Counted from the first letter of the stretch, positions 50,379 through 61,017 are shown. The stretch is 64,000 nt of DNA from Bdellovibrionales bacterium (GCA_965199825.1 OZ241329.1:544001-608000); one strand, 5' to 3'. Numbers and translations are program-made. Notes: generated from the sequence alone by a model not told the origin.

Positions 50379-51212
50379 ATGGGACTACGAATCGCTACGA
50401 ACGTAGCATCACTCAACGCCCAAAGATCAATGGCCACTACTAACCGCTCGATGGACACATCGCTTGCACGACTGAGCTCGGGATACCGAATCAATCAAGC
50501 AGCTGACGATGCTGCCGGTCTTGCGATCAGTGAAAATCTCAAAGGCCAAATTCGCGGCTTAAGACAAGCATCGCGAAACGCCAATGACGGAATATCACTC
50601 GTTCAAGTTGCTGAAGGCGGCTTAAACGAAATTTCAAGCATGCTGATTCGCCTTCGTGAATTGGGAGTTCAAGCTTCATCTGATACGATCGGTGATGTTG
50701 AGCGCAAATTTATCGATGTGGAATACCAACAATTAAAATCTGAAGTTCAACGTATCTCGGAAGTTACACGCTTTAACGGTCGCGACCTTTTAAACGGCAG
50801 CGGCGGAGTCGTCGACATCCAAGTTGGTGTTTATAACGATTCATTTAAAGATCGAATTTCATTTGATGCCTCAGCTGCAAATGCTTCGACCGAAGCTTTG
50901 GGTCTTGCGACCGAAAATGTTGCGGTTAAAGAAAGTGCACAAACAAGTCTTGATGTGATCGATCACGCATTGGTTTCTGTTAACGCGATGAGAGCTAATC
51001 TCGGAGCGCTTCAAAACCGTATGACTTCGACAATCAACAACTTGGCGATTGCGCATGAGAACTTGTCGGCTGCGAACTCTCGTATCCGCGATACAGATAT
51101 TGCTGAAGAGACCGCTGAACTCACACGAAATACCATCATGAAACAAGCTGGTGTGTCGGTTTTGGGTCAAGCGAACTCGATGCAACAAGCTGTTCTTAAA
51201 TTATTATCATAA
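50379..51212 (+). CDS. fliC: flagellin (second copy)
   Basis: MGLRIATN, RLSSGYRINQAADDAAGLAIS, SRIRDTD. Confidence 0.97.
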   Translation: MGLRIATNVASLNAQRSMATTNRSMDTSLARLSSGYRINQAADDAAGLAISENLKGQIRGLRQASRNANDGISLVQVAEGGLNEISSMLIRLRELGVQASSDTIGDVERKFIDVEYQQLKSEVQRISEVTRFNGRDLLNGSGGVVDIQVGVYNDSFKDRISFDASAANASTEALGLATENVAVKESAQTSLDVIDHALVSVNAMRANLGALQNRMTSTINNLAIAHENLSAANSRIRDTDIAEETAELTRNTIMKQAGVSVLGQANSMQQAVLKLLS

Positions 51213-51213
51213 C

Positions 51214-51281
51214 TGTTTTAGAGCCCGCGTGAAAAACGCGAGCTTGTTTTAGAGCCCGCGTGAAGAGCGCGGGCTTTTTTA
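51214..51281 (+). terminator. tandemly duplicated intrinsic terminator
   Basis: TGTTTTAGAGCCCGCGTGAA at 51214 and 51245; second copy forms an AGCCCGCG..CGCGGGCT hairpin followed by a T run. Confidence 0.8.
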
Positions 51282-51593
51282 ATTTTCGACTGAAGGCTGC
51301 GGCGTGTTTGTCATCGAAGACAAAGTCTGTAGTGCTTGCGAAATCGTTGCACCACGTATGGCGACAAATTTGTTTTTTCCTGTTTCCCCGCTGATAATTT
51401 CAATGTCCGCTTTTTCAACAGCAAAAATTTGGGCCAAAAAATTGACCACATTATCACCGTTTTGAATTTTTATTTTAAGTCGATCTTGAAAGTTTCCAAC
51501 AATCTCGCTGCGCGAGGCATTGGTTTGAACATGAAGCGCGAGCCGAATTCCCGTAGAAGATTCTGAGAGAAATGGGTATTTCATAACAATCAA
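51279..51593 (-). CDS. yggU: DUF167/YggU family protein
   Basis: LHVQTNASRSEIVG and IEIISGETGKNK; conserved context next to divIVA and proC. Confidence 0.75.
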   Translation of the reverse strand: MIVMKYPFLSESSTGIRLALHVQTNASRSEIVGNFQDRLKIKIQNGDNVVNFLAQIFAVEKADIEIISGETGKNKFVAIRGATISQALQTLSSMTNTPQPSVEN

Positions 51594-52159
51594 GTTTCCG
51601 CCGTTAAAACAGCTTTTGAAACTGCGTCGTTGACCTTTGCACGAATGGCCTTGGCATCTTCTTCTTCATTGAGATCCACATTAAATCGGGCTTCTAAAAT
51701 CGGGCTTGGCATAATCTTATGGCCTTGCTCAAGCATGGTGAGATGCGATTGAACAATGGCGCGAATATTATTTTCAAACTGCATACGGACACGCTTAAGG
51801 TCATTAACCTCTTGATAGATTTTGCGCAGGCTATCGCGAGCATCCCGAACAATCATATCCGATTTTTGATTGGCATCTGACAAAATCAGTTTGGCCTCGC
51901 GTTCGGCATCGGAGTGAATGCGCTCCGACATGCGGGTCGCGGTGGTGATTGTGCTTTTAAGCAATTCATCGCGTTCTTTAAATTCGGTGAGCATCAATTC
52001 TTTTTCGCGCAAAGCTTCTTTGAGTGCATTGCGGTCACGAATAATGTTTTCCATTTCGTCTGCAATACTTCTTAAAAAGTCGTGAACTTCTTCGGAGTCT
52101 AGGCCCATTAACTTTTTCGAAAATACTTTATGGGCAATATCTATCGGCGCGATTTTCAA
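51590..52159 (-). CDS. divIVA: DivIVA-domain protein
   Basis: PIDIAHKVFSKKLMGLDSEEVHDFL followed by coiled coil. Confidence 0.88.
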   Translation of the reverse strand: MKIAPIDIAHKVFSKKLMGLDSEEVHDFLRSIADEMENIIRDRNALKEALREKELMLTEFKERDELLKSTITTATRMSERIHSDAEREAKLILSDANQKSDMIVRDARDSLRKIYQEVNDLKRVRMQFENNIRAIVQSHLTMLEQGHKIMPSPILEARFNVDLNEEEDAKAIRAKVNDAVSKAVLTAET

Positions 52160-52194
52160 ATGGACCCCCTTTATGCATTTTTAGTTTATGAAAT

Positions 52195-53052
52195 TTAAGT
52201 TTTTGATTCAACATTTCTTAATGGTGCTTGGCCTAGTTCTCGATCTCTTAAAACCGCTTTTTCAAATGAGTATCTTAGCGCTCTCTCGATTTCGAGTTCT
52301 CGCATCGAGCTTAAGCCCGCGGCGGTCACTCCTTTTTTGCTCACAACTTTACTTTGCAACTCTTCAAGAGGGAGCGTCACATCTTGCGAAGCCAAGGTGG
52401 ATGCACCTAAAAAAGTTTGGATCGTCATGTTCCTTGCTTGATCAGGATCAAAGTCGTGCTCCTCGAGCCACTCTTGCCAATACTGCATCAATTCAAAAAC
52501 AAATCCCACTCCACTGCTTGCCGCTACAGTAAGCGCCTCAAACGCCTCACCTTCATCGACCTTGATGACATATCCCAGCTGTGCAAAAAGCTCTTCGACC
52601 AAGGGGCCCGCATCGCTCGTTTTTGCCGAAACACAATATCCAATCACACCTTTATTAATCACGATGGGCGAGTTGGGCATGACCCGCACGAGAGCTCCAG
52701 CTTCAGGCAAAAGTTTTCTGAGTTCCTTAAGACTGACACCCGCAGCAAGACTCATTACGGTATGACCTGAATGAAAGGTGCTCGCAATCGGTTCGAGGGC
52801 TTGCACCAAATCCTGAGGTTTGACCCCAATGATGACGACGTCACAGCTTTCTATTAATTCTTCGTTGGTGGCGTAGGTTCTGATTTTTAACGATTCTGCC
52901 AAGCGATTGAGTTTACCACCCGAGCGATTGCTTGCCGAAATTTGGGCAGGAATTAAAGTTTTTGAATCAAGAAGTCCACGAATGATTGCTTGGTTGATGT
53001 GACCCGTACCTAAAAAACCGAACCGGCGAATTTTCAAAGTGGAATTTGACAT
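52195..53052 (-). CDS. proC: pyrroline-5-carboxylate reductase
   Basis: GFLGTG, GVKPQ, RVMPN, VVSKKGVT. Confidence 0.9.
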   Translation of the reverse strand: MSNSTLKIRRFGFLGTGHINQAIIRGLLDSKTLIPAQISASNRSGGKLNRLAESLKIRTYATNEELIESCDVVIIGVKPQDLVQALEPIASTFHSGHTVMSLAAGVSLKELRKLLPEAGALVRVMPNSPIVINKGVIGYCVSAKTSDAGPLVEELFAQLGYVIKVDEGEAFEALTVAASSGVGFVFELMQYWQEWLEEHDFDPDQARNMTIQTFLGASTLASQDVTLPLEELQSKVVSKKGVTAAGLSSMRELEIERALRYSFEKAVLRDRELGQAPLRNVESKT

Positions 53053-53089
53053 AACTCACACTAGCATCGCGACTCGGTGACGGGAACAT

Positions 53090-53446
53090 TTAAAAAGTAA
53101 CTACCAATGCTAAAGTTAATAGTGCTGGTATCATTTGGATCGCCCAGATTTTTTTATGAACCGAATAGCCACCATAAAGACCCGCGATCGCGATACAAAT
53201 TAAAAAATAAACTTGAGCATCAAAAGCTATTGCGGGGTCGCACAGACTCAAAAGTAGACCCATGGCCAAAAAGCCGTTGTAAAGACCTTGGTTGGCGGCA
53301 AGTGCAGATGTTGCCAACGCATGATCTTTTGAAATTCTAAAAATTTTAAGCCCAATTGGTTTTGTATAAAAAAACATTTCGAGAATCAAAAATCCAAAAT
53401 GTTGAAGGCTTATAAGTGCGACGAGACTAACAACCACAGTATGCAT
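53090..53446 (-). CDS. DUF1304 family membrane protein
   Basis: LEMF and LAANQGLYNGFLA motifs. Confidence 0.85.
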   Translation of the reverse strand: MHTVVVSLVALISLQHFGFLILEMFFYTKPIGLKIFRISKDHALATSALAANQGLYNGFLAMGLLLSLCDPAIAFDAQVYFLICIAIAGLYGGYSVHKKIWAIQMIPALLTLALVVTF

Positions 53447-53464
53447 TGAATAATCGTAAACGAT

Positions 53465-54112
53465 TTATTGGCGACTTCCAAACAATATGGTTCCAAGCCG
53501 CAAATGCGTGGAGCCCTCAAGGATGGCCCATTCAAAATCATAGCTTGTTCCAAACGAAAAGGTTTCGAGCTTATGATCTTTTCCCCAGCGATAAAGTTTT
53601 TGATAAATATCTCGGCTCTGCTTTTCGTTAAGATTTGGCGGCGGCATTGTCATAATGCCTTTGACCTCGATATTGGAAAATTGTTTTGCAAACTCGATGA
53701 GTTGTTCGGCTTCGATTAAACTTGATCCATCTTTACTACCTTCGTTCGCCGCATTGATTTCGATAAGTACTTCCTGCTTTTGGTTACTGTGCTTAGCGAT
53801 TTCACTCAAAAGACTTTGGCGATCCACCGAATGAATAAGCTGACAAAGATTGGCGATCGCTTTGACTTTGTTCGACTGCAAGTGCCCAATAAAATGCCAT
53901 TCGACATGGGGGAGCGCTTTTTGTTTTGGTAAAAACTCTTGCACATAATTTTCGCCAAAAACTTTAAGACCCAAACTCTCAGCCTCGCTCACGGTTTCTA
54001 TCGGCCATTTTTTTGTGACACCGATCAAGGTTACAGAATCAGATTTGCGGTTTGATTTTTGACAACTTGTTGCGATTTGATTTTTGATTCGCTCAAGATT
54101 TTCGCTGAACAT
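53465..54112 (-). CDS. yggS: PLP homeostasis protein YggS
   Basis: FGENYVQE, WHFIGHLQSNK, GSTHLRLGT. Confidence 0.93.
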   Translation of the reverse strand: MFSENLERIKNQIATSCQKSNRKSDSVTLIGVTKKWPIETVSEAESLGLKVFGENYVQEFLPKQKALPHVEWHFIGHLQSNKVKAIANLCQLIHSVDRQSLLSEIAKHSNQKQEVLIEINAANEGSKDGSSLIEAEQLIEFAKQFSNIEVKGIMTMPPPNLNEKQSRDIYQKLYRWGKDHKLETFSFGTSYDFEWAILEGSTHLRLGTILFGSRQ

Positions 54113-54692
54113 CGAGTCCTTCGTTTTTTAGAGTCTTGATAAAGTCCTCAATCGGAAATCCAATCACGGTTGAAAGCGCGCCAACATACATTTTAACAAA
54201 TTTTTTGGCTTCGCCTTGGATTCCGTAAGCCCCCGCCTTGTCAAAAGGTTCGCCACTTTTGATGTAACTTGAAATCTGACTTTGGCTTAATTTTAAAAAC
54301 TCAACTGAGGTCGTGCTCACCTTGCTGATCAGTTTTAAATCTCTAAAATTAAAAATACTAAATGCGGAGATCACTTGATGAGTCTTGCCAGAGAGGGCCT
54401 CAAGCATTTGGGCCGCATGATCTGCCGATTTAGGCTTTCCGAGTAGACAAAGGTCCTGAACAACCATTGTGTCCGCAGAAAGGCCCAAAATATTTTGACC
54501 CTTGAGACTCGGATGAGCCTCGACGAAGGCCTTGATTTTGGATTCGGAAATTGCCCGAATAGCTTCGGATGGAGTCAGGTTTTTATCAATAGTTTCCGAT
54601 ACTTTTACAGGGCTTACAGAAACTTCGAAACGAGCGTCTTGAAGAATTTGAAGTCTTCTTGGAGATTGTGATGCCAAAATTATTTTGTACAT
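54093..54692 (-). CDS. maf: Maf-family nucleotide pyrophosphatase
   Basis: ILASQSPRR, ADT.V, LGKP, DKAGAYGIQ. Confidence 0.95.
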   Translation of the reverse strand: MYKIILASQSPRRLQILQDARFEVSVSPVKVSETIDKNLTPSEAIRAISESKIKAFVEAHPSLKGQNILGLSADTMVVQDLCLLGKPKSADHAAQMLEALSGKTHQVISAFSIFNFRDLKLISKVSTTSVEFLKLSQSQISSYIKSGEPFDKAGAYGIQGEAKKFVKMYVGALSTVIGFPIEDFIKTLKNEGLDVQRKS

Positions 54693-54722
54693 GGAGATGG
54701 TTTAAACACTACTGGAATCTAA

Positions 54723-55628
54723 ATGTTAAGCTTTGACTTTGTTCTCCTCATCTCTGGACTCGGACTCACTGCAATTGCGGTTTATTTTTTCATGTCTGCG
54801 GTGTTCACCAACAATGCCGATGCGCAAGCTCTGGCGTGGGCTTCGGGTGATGAGCCAGTAAAATCAAAATCGGCATTTATCAACTTCTCTCGCCCTCTTG
54901 TTCACAACTTTACTTTGCAGCATGCCTTAAGAATCAAAAGCCCTCGCTACCGTGCGAATTTAGAGCGCAAGATTTTAACCGCAGGTTTAGGCGGCGAACT
55001 CAATCCCAATGAATTTATTGGTCTCCAGATTCTATGGGGATTGATGTTTCCGATTGCACTCTCGGTATTGAATTTTGCTTTGCAACTTGGCTATCCGTAT
55101 TATTTGTGTGTTCTGTTTGGTCTTGCAGGATCTTATTTTCCGCATCTTCATTGTAACGGTTCAAAACGAGTGCGCTACATTGCGGTGGTCGCCGATCTTC
55201 CATTTTTTATTGATCTGCTCGCACTCTCCACCGAAGCCGGTCTTGATTTCATCAATGCCATTCAACGCATTGTCGATAAATCTGAAAATAGCGTTTTGGC
55301 TCAAGAACTCAATATTGTTTTAAAAGATATCAAGTTGGGTTCATCACGAAGCGAATCCCTCAAAGCATTTTCGGTGCGATTAGATATTCCAGAAATCACA
55401 AGTTTTGTGGCGGTGATCAATGATGCCGATCAAACGGGCGCAAGTATCGCAAAGGTTTTAAAAGACCAATCGATTCAGATGCGGCTTGAGCGATTTGTAC
55501 GCGCAGAAAAAGAAGGTGCCAAGGCCTCACAAAAAATGTTGATCCCGATGATGATTTTTATTTTGCCCGCAGTTTTCATTATGGTGTTTGCGCCGGTGAT
55601 CCTCCAATTTTTTTATGGAGGCAACTGA
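54723..55628 (+). CDS. tadC: TadC-like type II secretion F-family platform protein
   Basis: LPFFIDLLALSTEAGL, QTGASIA.VL, KMLIPMMIFILPA. Confidence 0.85.
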   Translation: MLSFDFVLLISGLGLTAIAVYFFMSAVFTNNADAQALAWASGDEPVKSKSAFINFSRPLVHNFTLQHALRIKSPRYRANLERKILTAGLGGELNPNEFIGLQILWGLMFPIALSVLNFALQLGYPYYLCVLFGLAGSYFPHLHCNGSKRVRYIAVVADLPFFIDLLALSTEAGLDFINAIQRIVDKSENSVLAQELNIVLKDIKLGSSRSESLKAFSVRLDIPEITSFVAVINDADQTGASIAKVLKDQSIQMRLERFVRAEKEGAKASQKMLIPMMIFILPAVFIMVFAPVILQFFYGGN

Positions 55629-55966
55629 TGAAGCTGTATCATCAAAACACAGTATTGGCTGAAAATGTGATTGAGGCCAAAACTTTTATCCAACGAGGCA
55701 TTGGCTTATTGGGCCGAAGCTCATTTCCCGATGATTCCACTCTTTGGATTAAGCCCTGCAATAATATCCACACCTGTTTTATGAAATTCGAAATGGACGC
55801 CATCTTTGTTGATAGAGAACTTCGCGTTGTTCGGGTGATCCATAATATGAAGCCTTACCGTTTCATCTTATATGTTCCAAAGGCAGCATCGGTATTTGAA
55901 TTTTACAAAGATGTTTTAAAAAATAAAGTTCTCAACCATGGAGATCAACTTCATGTGGGCACTTAA
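55628..55966 (+). CDS. DUF192 family protein
   Basis: R..GLLGR, IHTCFMKF.MD.IFVD. Confidence 0.85.
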   Translation: MKLYHQNTVLAENVIEAKTFIQRGIGLLGRSSFPDDSTLWIKPCNNIHTCFMKFEMDAIFVDRELRVVRVIHNMKPYRFILYVPKAASVFEFYKDVLKNKVLNHGDQLHVGT

Positions 55967-57503
55967 ACTTTTAACTGGTCCACTCGCGGGCCAACTATTT
56001 AATTTAAAAGAAGGCACCAATCAAGTGGGTCGAGCTCCGCATTGCGAAGTCAAACTTCCTTCGAGTGGTGTTTCAAAAGAGCATGCAAAGATTGATGTGC
56101 TTGGTGGAAAATTAATTATCACTGATCTGAACTCGCGCAATGGAACCTTTCTTAATGGCATTCAAGTCAAAAGCCAAAGAATGGCCGAAGGTGATAAAAT
56201 TGCCTTCCATGATATTTTGGTTGAACTGGTTCAGGGTCAAGCCCAACCGCGAGTGGCACAGGCGCGAACGCCCCTTCAACCCAAACCAGAATATCCAAGT
56301 TTTGAGCAACCCTCCAATGAGTTTGAAGCCCCTGTGCCGGTTAAACTTGAAATGTTTCAATGGCTCAGAAATTATGTTGAGACCGTGGCGCTTCCCGGGG
56401 TGTACCGACTCCCAGAGATCGTTGAATTCAAATTTGTACTCCTTGGTTTTATGGCTTTGTTTTTGATCTTTACAACATCGCTCTCGTCGATCCCTTTAAT
56501 GACGATCTTAAAATCAAGTATCGAAAAAGAAAGTCAACGACGAGCCCTAACGATTGCAAGAACATTGGCCCAAATCAACCGTCCAGCGCTGATGCAAGGA
56601 CTTGAGAGTTCGGTCACGATCGACATCGCCGCGCGCGAGCCCGGGGTGGAAAAAGCGATGATCATTTCGCACGTGGATGGAAATGTTATTGCTCCTGCAA
56701 GTCTTGCCGGAACTTATCCCAACATCCCATTTGTCCACGAAGCCCGCAGATTAAATAAAGAAGCTGTTGAGCAGTTAAGCAATAGCCGCATTGGAGCCCT
56801 TGTTCCGATTGAATTTTTTAATGCCGAAACGGGCGCAAACCAAACAGCCGCCTATGCCGTTGTAATTTATGATATGGGCACACTCGCTGTGGACGATGGT
56901 AGAACTTTGAGTTTGTTTATTCAAACCTTTGTGATTGCGCTTATCGTGGGTGGACTCTTATTTTTCTTTATGTATAAATTGATCGAGTTCCCGTTAAGTA
57001 GCGTCAATAACCAACTGAGTACGGCCCTGCGCGAAGGACAAACCCAAGTTCAGAGCAAATATTTATTTCCTGCTTTGCAAACATTAATCACCAATATTAA
57101 CTCCTCCCTTCACCGCATGGGTCAGAGCAATCCCCAAGAGTCTCATGTGAATGAAAGAGACCGCCATTCTGAGATGTCAAATTTGGTGGAACTCATGGGG
57201 TTTGGTGCAATTGCAGTTTCGGCCAACAGTCAAGTTATCACAGCAGTGAATCCCGCTTTTGAACAGAGCACGGGACTCTCAGTCTCACAACTCCAGCATG
57301 GATCTTTAACCCAAATTCCTGATCAATCGCTTAAGAAAAGTCTGGTTGATTTGGTTGAACGATTACAAAATGCTCCAGATCAAATGGCCACAAATGATCT
57401 CGAATTTTCGGGACGAAATTATCAAGTGGCGGGGCAAGCGGTTTTTGGAGCCGAAAAAGTGGCTTACTTTTTATTCGTTCTTGTACCGGTGGAGGGTGCT
57501 TAA
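55953..57503 (+). CDS. FHA-domain membrane protein with C-terminal PAS-like region
   Basis: VGR..VSKEHA..DLNSRNGTFLNG; two TM segments; start at MWAL. Confidence 0.85.
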   Translation: MWALKLLTGPLAGQLFNLKEGTNQVGRAPHCEVKLPSSGVSKEHAKIDVLGGKLIITDLNSRNGTFLNGIQVKSQRMAEGDKIAFHDILVELVQGQAQPRVAQARTPLQPKPEYPSFEQPSNEFEAPVPVKLEMFQWLRNYVETVALPGVYRLPEIVEFKFVLLGFMALFLIFTTSLSSIPLMTILKSSIEKESQRRALTIARTLAQINRPALMQGLESSVTIDIAAREPGVEKAMIISHVDGNVIAPASLAGTYPNIPFVHEARRLNKEAVEQLSNSRIGALVPIEFFNAETGANQTAAYAVVIYDMGTLAVDDGRTLSLFIQTFVIALIVGGLLFFFMYKLIEFPLSSVNNQLSTALREGQTQVQSKYLFPALQTLITNINSSLHRMGQSNPQESHVNERDRHSEMSNLVELMGFGAIAVSANSQVITAVNPAFEQSTGLSVSQLQHGSLTQIPDQSLKKSLVDLVERLQNAPDQMATNDLEFSGRNYQVAGQAVFGAEKVAYFLFVLVPVEGA

Positions 57504-57509
57504 ACTCAA

Positions 57510-58442
57510 GTGAATCAGCTTAAAGTCGCAAGTCAACTCCCGCAGACCGAATTTCGTTTGGTGGTCCTCAACGGCCCTGAGCGCGGGGCGATCTATCGCC
57601 TTTTGTCGCCCCAGGTGACTCTAGGTCGCGGTGCTGATTGTGATATTGTTTTGTCTTATGATTCTAAGTGTAGCCGTCGACATGCCCAAATTAATTTTAA
57701 TGGAACCCAATTCGAAGTCCATGACATCAGCGATCGCAACAAAATTTATGTCAATGGCCACGAAGTTAAAAATTCTTTATTGACCGAAAACACCACCCTC
57801 CTCTTAGGCGAAACAGAACTGCGCTTTGAGTCGGCAAATTCAATATCTGTAAAAGATCCCACCAGGGTGTCGATTCCACTCAACTTTAAAAAACCAAAGA
57901 TCAATCCCATACAGATTGTTATCGTTTTGGTTGTGTTGATTTTTGGCTACATCTTAATGTCGAGCTCGGCAAAAAAACGTGCTGAAGTGAGCATCCGAAA
58001 TGACGAGCAGATTCAAGCCGACATTGCCACAGCCGAAGCCCTAAAAGAATCGGCGAGCAAAAAACGCTTAGGTAGTGCAACCGGCAATCCTAACGAAGAG
58101 CTTGCGATGGATGAGTCTCAAGCGATTTACATTCGTGGATTTCGTGATTATCGCAAAGGACAATACGGGCGAGCACTTGAATCCTTTCAAGCCTGCTTGT
58201 CGATTTATCCTCAACACGTTTTATGCAATAGGTATAAAAGATTAAGTGAACGAAAGTACAATGAGCTGGTTCAATATCAAATGGTTCTTGGACGAAGGTA
58301 TCGGGATCAGCAGCAGTATTCGGCTTGTGTGGCTGCATTTCAGAATGTGATGTACATGATTTTAGACACCAATAATGCCACCTTTAAAGAAGCAAAGGCG
58401 AACTATCAAGCCTGCGCCACATTTATAGGAGAGCGATACTGA
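57510..58442 (+). CDS. FHA-domain membrane protein with TPR-like C-terminus
   Basis: LGR..SRRHA; TM segment; helical C-terminus with paired Cys. Confidence 0.85.
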   Translation: MNQLKVASQLPQTEFRLVVLNGPERGAIYRLLSPQVTLGRGADCDIVLSYDSKCSRRHAQINFNGTQFEVHDISDRNKIYVNGHEVKNSLLTENTTLLLGETELRFESANSISVKDPTRVSIPLNFKKPKINPIQIVIVLVVLIFGYILMSSSAKKRAEVSIRNDEQIQADIATAEALKESASKKRLGSATGNPNEELAMDESQAIYIRGFRDYRKGQYGRALESFQACLSIYPQHVLCNRYKRLSERKYNELVQYQMVLGRRYRDQQQYSACVAAFQNVMYMILDTNNATFKEAKANYQACATFIGERY

Positions 58443-60349
58443 TGAAACTGATTGTCAGAAATCGCGGGCAAGAGGTCACCCGATTCGAACTCGAATCCGG
58501 CCGCGAATATTTTGCTGGGCGCAGCCGCGACTGCGCAGTGGTGCTCGAGGGTGCCAAAGCAATATCTCGCCAACACGTTAAATTTTTTGAGCGCAATGGA
58601 ATATGGGTGGCCCAACTGATCTCGCGATTTAGCGGGATGATTTATGAGGGTCAATCCGTACAGATTTTAGAACTTAACAAAGGTGCCGTTTTTAATATCG
58701 AAAATTACGAATTTTCGATTGAAGAGGCCGAGGTTGTTTCGGTTCCTCAATCCAGCAATGCAATCGCCATTCGGGACCAAAACCAATCCATGGTGGAAGA
58801 TGATGCCTTTGCAGGAAATATCGAAGCCACGGTTGCCGGATTTTCGACTCTCGAACCATTTTTAAAAGTGCAATACGGCACAACCCAAAAGGCCGAAGTT
58901 TTTCGACTTGAGGGAAATGTTTGGGTTGCCGGTCGCGAACCCCAGTGCGAAATATTTTTGGACGACCGACAAATTAGCCGGAGACATTTTGAGCTCTCAA
59001 GAACTCATGAGGGAATTTACATTGCTGATCTCGGGAGTGCCAACGGCACCCAAGTGAATGGCGAAGCCTTGGTGCCTCATGAGCCATTTAAAATTTCGAG
59101 TGGCGATAAAATTAACATTCTTGATGTTGAAATTGATTTTGAACTTCGTGATGCACAGTTCGATTCCAAAGCAAGTAGTCTTGTTCCATCGGCCTACGTC
59201 CCTCCCCAGGATCAATTCTTGCCCCAAGAGTATCAACCGCCCTCACCGCTTCAACGAGTTGAACGCTCTGCACCTCCACAAAAAGATTTTAAAAAGCTCG
59301 GCATGCGTGTGGGTCTTGGTATTGGTGGACTTTTATTAATCATCGGTCTGATGAGCGGTGGCAAAAAAACAAAGGTCGAAGAGACCTCATCCTCATCAAA
59401 TGATTCGGTTGTGAGTTTTGATAAGATGACTCTCGAAAAACAAACTGCAGTAAAAGACAGTTTTAATCTCGCCCGCAATTTGTATGTGGGAGCAAAATAT
59501 GAATTGTGTTTACAAGAACTCAAAAAACTTCATTTACTTGTTCCGTTTTATGACAACTCAAAAGAGCTTGTGACATTGTGTGAACAAGGGGCTGATTTTG
59601 CTAAAGTCAAAGCCGATCTCGATTACAAAGAGCAAGAAAAATTACGCCAAGAACGTGAACTCAAAAGTATTACGGACACGTGTCAGGAAAAATTGAGTGC
59701 CCATCCCGATATGGCAGAAGCTGAATTACAAAATTGCTTAAGCCCCGCAATTGAAATTGATCCTGGCAATGCGAAAGTTGTCGAGCTGACGTCGATATTA
59801 AAGGCGCGATCCGCCGAGCGTGAGGATAAAGCGCGATCGGTTCAGCAAAAACAAGGACGGCTTCGCAATGCCAACGTCCTATTTCAAAAAGCCAAGCAAA
59901 AGGTAAAGGCCGGCAAACTTCGTGAAGGTATCGATGAGTTCGATCGCCTCTTAAGTCTTAATTATCCTGAGGCGCAACAGCTGCGGTCGCAAGCCCAACG
60001 CGAGGTGGCCTCGGTCCAACAGCAGCTCAATCAAAAAGTGGAGCGACTCCTTTCGTCCTGCAAAGACAATCTGAATAAGGCTCACTTTCGTTTGGCATAT
60101 GAAGCCTGCGCAAATGCGAGCAAAGAAGATCCAAAAAATACGGGCGCCCAAAGCTTGATTAAACAATCTTTGTCCGAACTGCGCAGAGAGATGAAAGCGA
60201 TTTACGAAGATAGCGTGATCGAAGAAAGTTTAGGCAATATCGATGCTGCCAAAGAAAAATGGCATCGCCTTTTGACTGAAGACTTAAGCAGCGATGACTA
60301 TTACATCAAAGCCAAACTCAAACTTCAAAAGTATGGCGTGGGTATATGA
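58442..60349 (+). CDS. tandem-FHA membrane protein with TPR-like C-terminus
   Basis: AGR..ISRQH and AGR..ISRRH..DLGSANGT; TM segment. Confidence 0.85.
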   Translation: MKLIVRNRGQEVTRFELESGREYFAGRSRDCAVVLEGAKAISRQHVKFFERNGIWVAQLISRFSGMIYEGQSVQILELNKGAVFNIENYEFSIEEAEVVSVPQSSNAIAIRDQNQSMVEDDAFAGNIEATVAGFSTLEPFLKVQYGTTQKAEVFRLEGNVWVAGREPQCEIFLDDRQISRRHFELSRTHEGIYIADLGSANGTQVNGEALVPHEPFKISSGDKINILDVEIDFELRDAQFDSKASSLVPSAYVPPQDQFLPQEYQPPSPLQRVERSAPPQKDFKKLGMRVGLGIGGLLLIIGLMSGGKKTKVEETSSSSNDSVVSFDKMTLEKQTAVKDSFNLARNLYVGAKYELCLQELKKLHLLVPFYDNSKELVTLCEQGADFAKVKADLDYKEQEKLRQERELKSITDTCQEKLSAHPDMAEAELQNCLSPAIEIDPGNAKVVELTSILKARSAEREDKARSVQQKQGRLRNANVLFQKAKQKVKAGKLREGIDEFDRLLSLNYPEAQQLRSQAQREVASVQQQLNQKVERLLSSCKDNLNKAHFRLAYEACANASKEDPKNTGAQSLIKQSLSELRREMKAIYEDSVIEESLGNIDAAKEKWHRLLTEDLSSDDYYIKAKLKLQKYGVGI

Positions 60350-61017
60350 ATTTAAATCAGTATAATTTTGGCGGAGAACTGTTTAGACCCACCCCCGAAA
60401 TCCGAGTGGAAGAGGGCGGCAAACTCTGTGTGGTGGCTACCTCGTGGGGGCCTCGGGCAAGCGGCAAAAAATTATCCAATAATATCATCGAATTTTTTAA
60501 CACCGCAAATCGGGATATTGAAGTCACCTCGCCCTTTCAAAAATTGACGTGCCTATCTTCGCAAAGCAATTGTTTAAGGACCGCAGTCATGCTCGCAAAT
60601 GACTCCAGCTATCGCGAAGATAATAAAAATGAATATTTGAGTGGGCTTGAACTTTTTGTTTCGGCAAAAAATGAAAGCGAACTTTCATTTGTCAGTATCG
60701 GCCAGCCCCATGTGCTTTTGCTGCGCAATCAAAATTTGGTGACTCTCTCCTCAAGTATGGAACTCAGCCTTGATTTGATCACTGAGCCGAAGACTAAGAC
60801 CGCACCGCTCCCCCAAAATCTTTTAGGCCTGCACTCAACTTCAAATTTTGAGGTCAAAAGTTTAAAGTTAAAGCCCAAAGATCAAATTATACTGATTAGC
60901 CGAAGCGTTTTGCCCGCCTCGTTGTTTGAAAAAACATTTAGTATCGATGAAGTTCGATTAAGACTAGCAAAAGACAATCCGGCGATGCCCTTTTGGATTG
61001 GCGAACTTACTTTTTAA
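60346..61017 (+). CDS. degenerate PP2C-like protein
   Basis: LRTAVMLAND, SIGQPHVLLLR, PQNLLG and DQIILISRS follow the PP2C pattern without its Asp residues. Confidence 0.55.
   Translation: MNLNQYNFGGELFRPTPEIRVEEGGKLCVVATSWGPRASGKKLSNNIIEFFNTANRDIEVTSPFQKLTCLSSQSNCLRTAVMLANDSSYREDNKNEYLSGLELFVSAKNESELSFVSIGQPHVLLLRNQNLVTLSSSMELSLDLITEPKTKTAPLPQNLLGLHSTSNFEVKSLKLKPKDQIILISRSVLPASLFEKTFSIDEVRLRLAKDNPAMPFWIGELTF

Noticed and set aside
51214..51281. GTTTTAGAGC twice, resembling the start of a type II CRISPR repeat
   Set aside because: Only two copies 31 bp apart, both parts of terminator hairpins after fliC; no spacers or cas genes.
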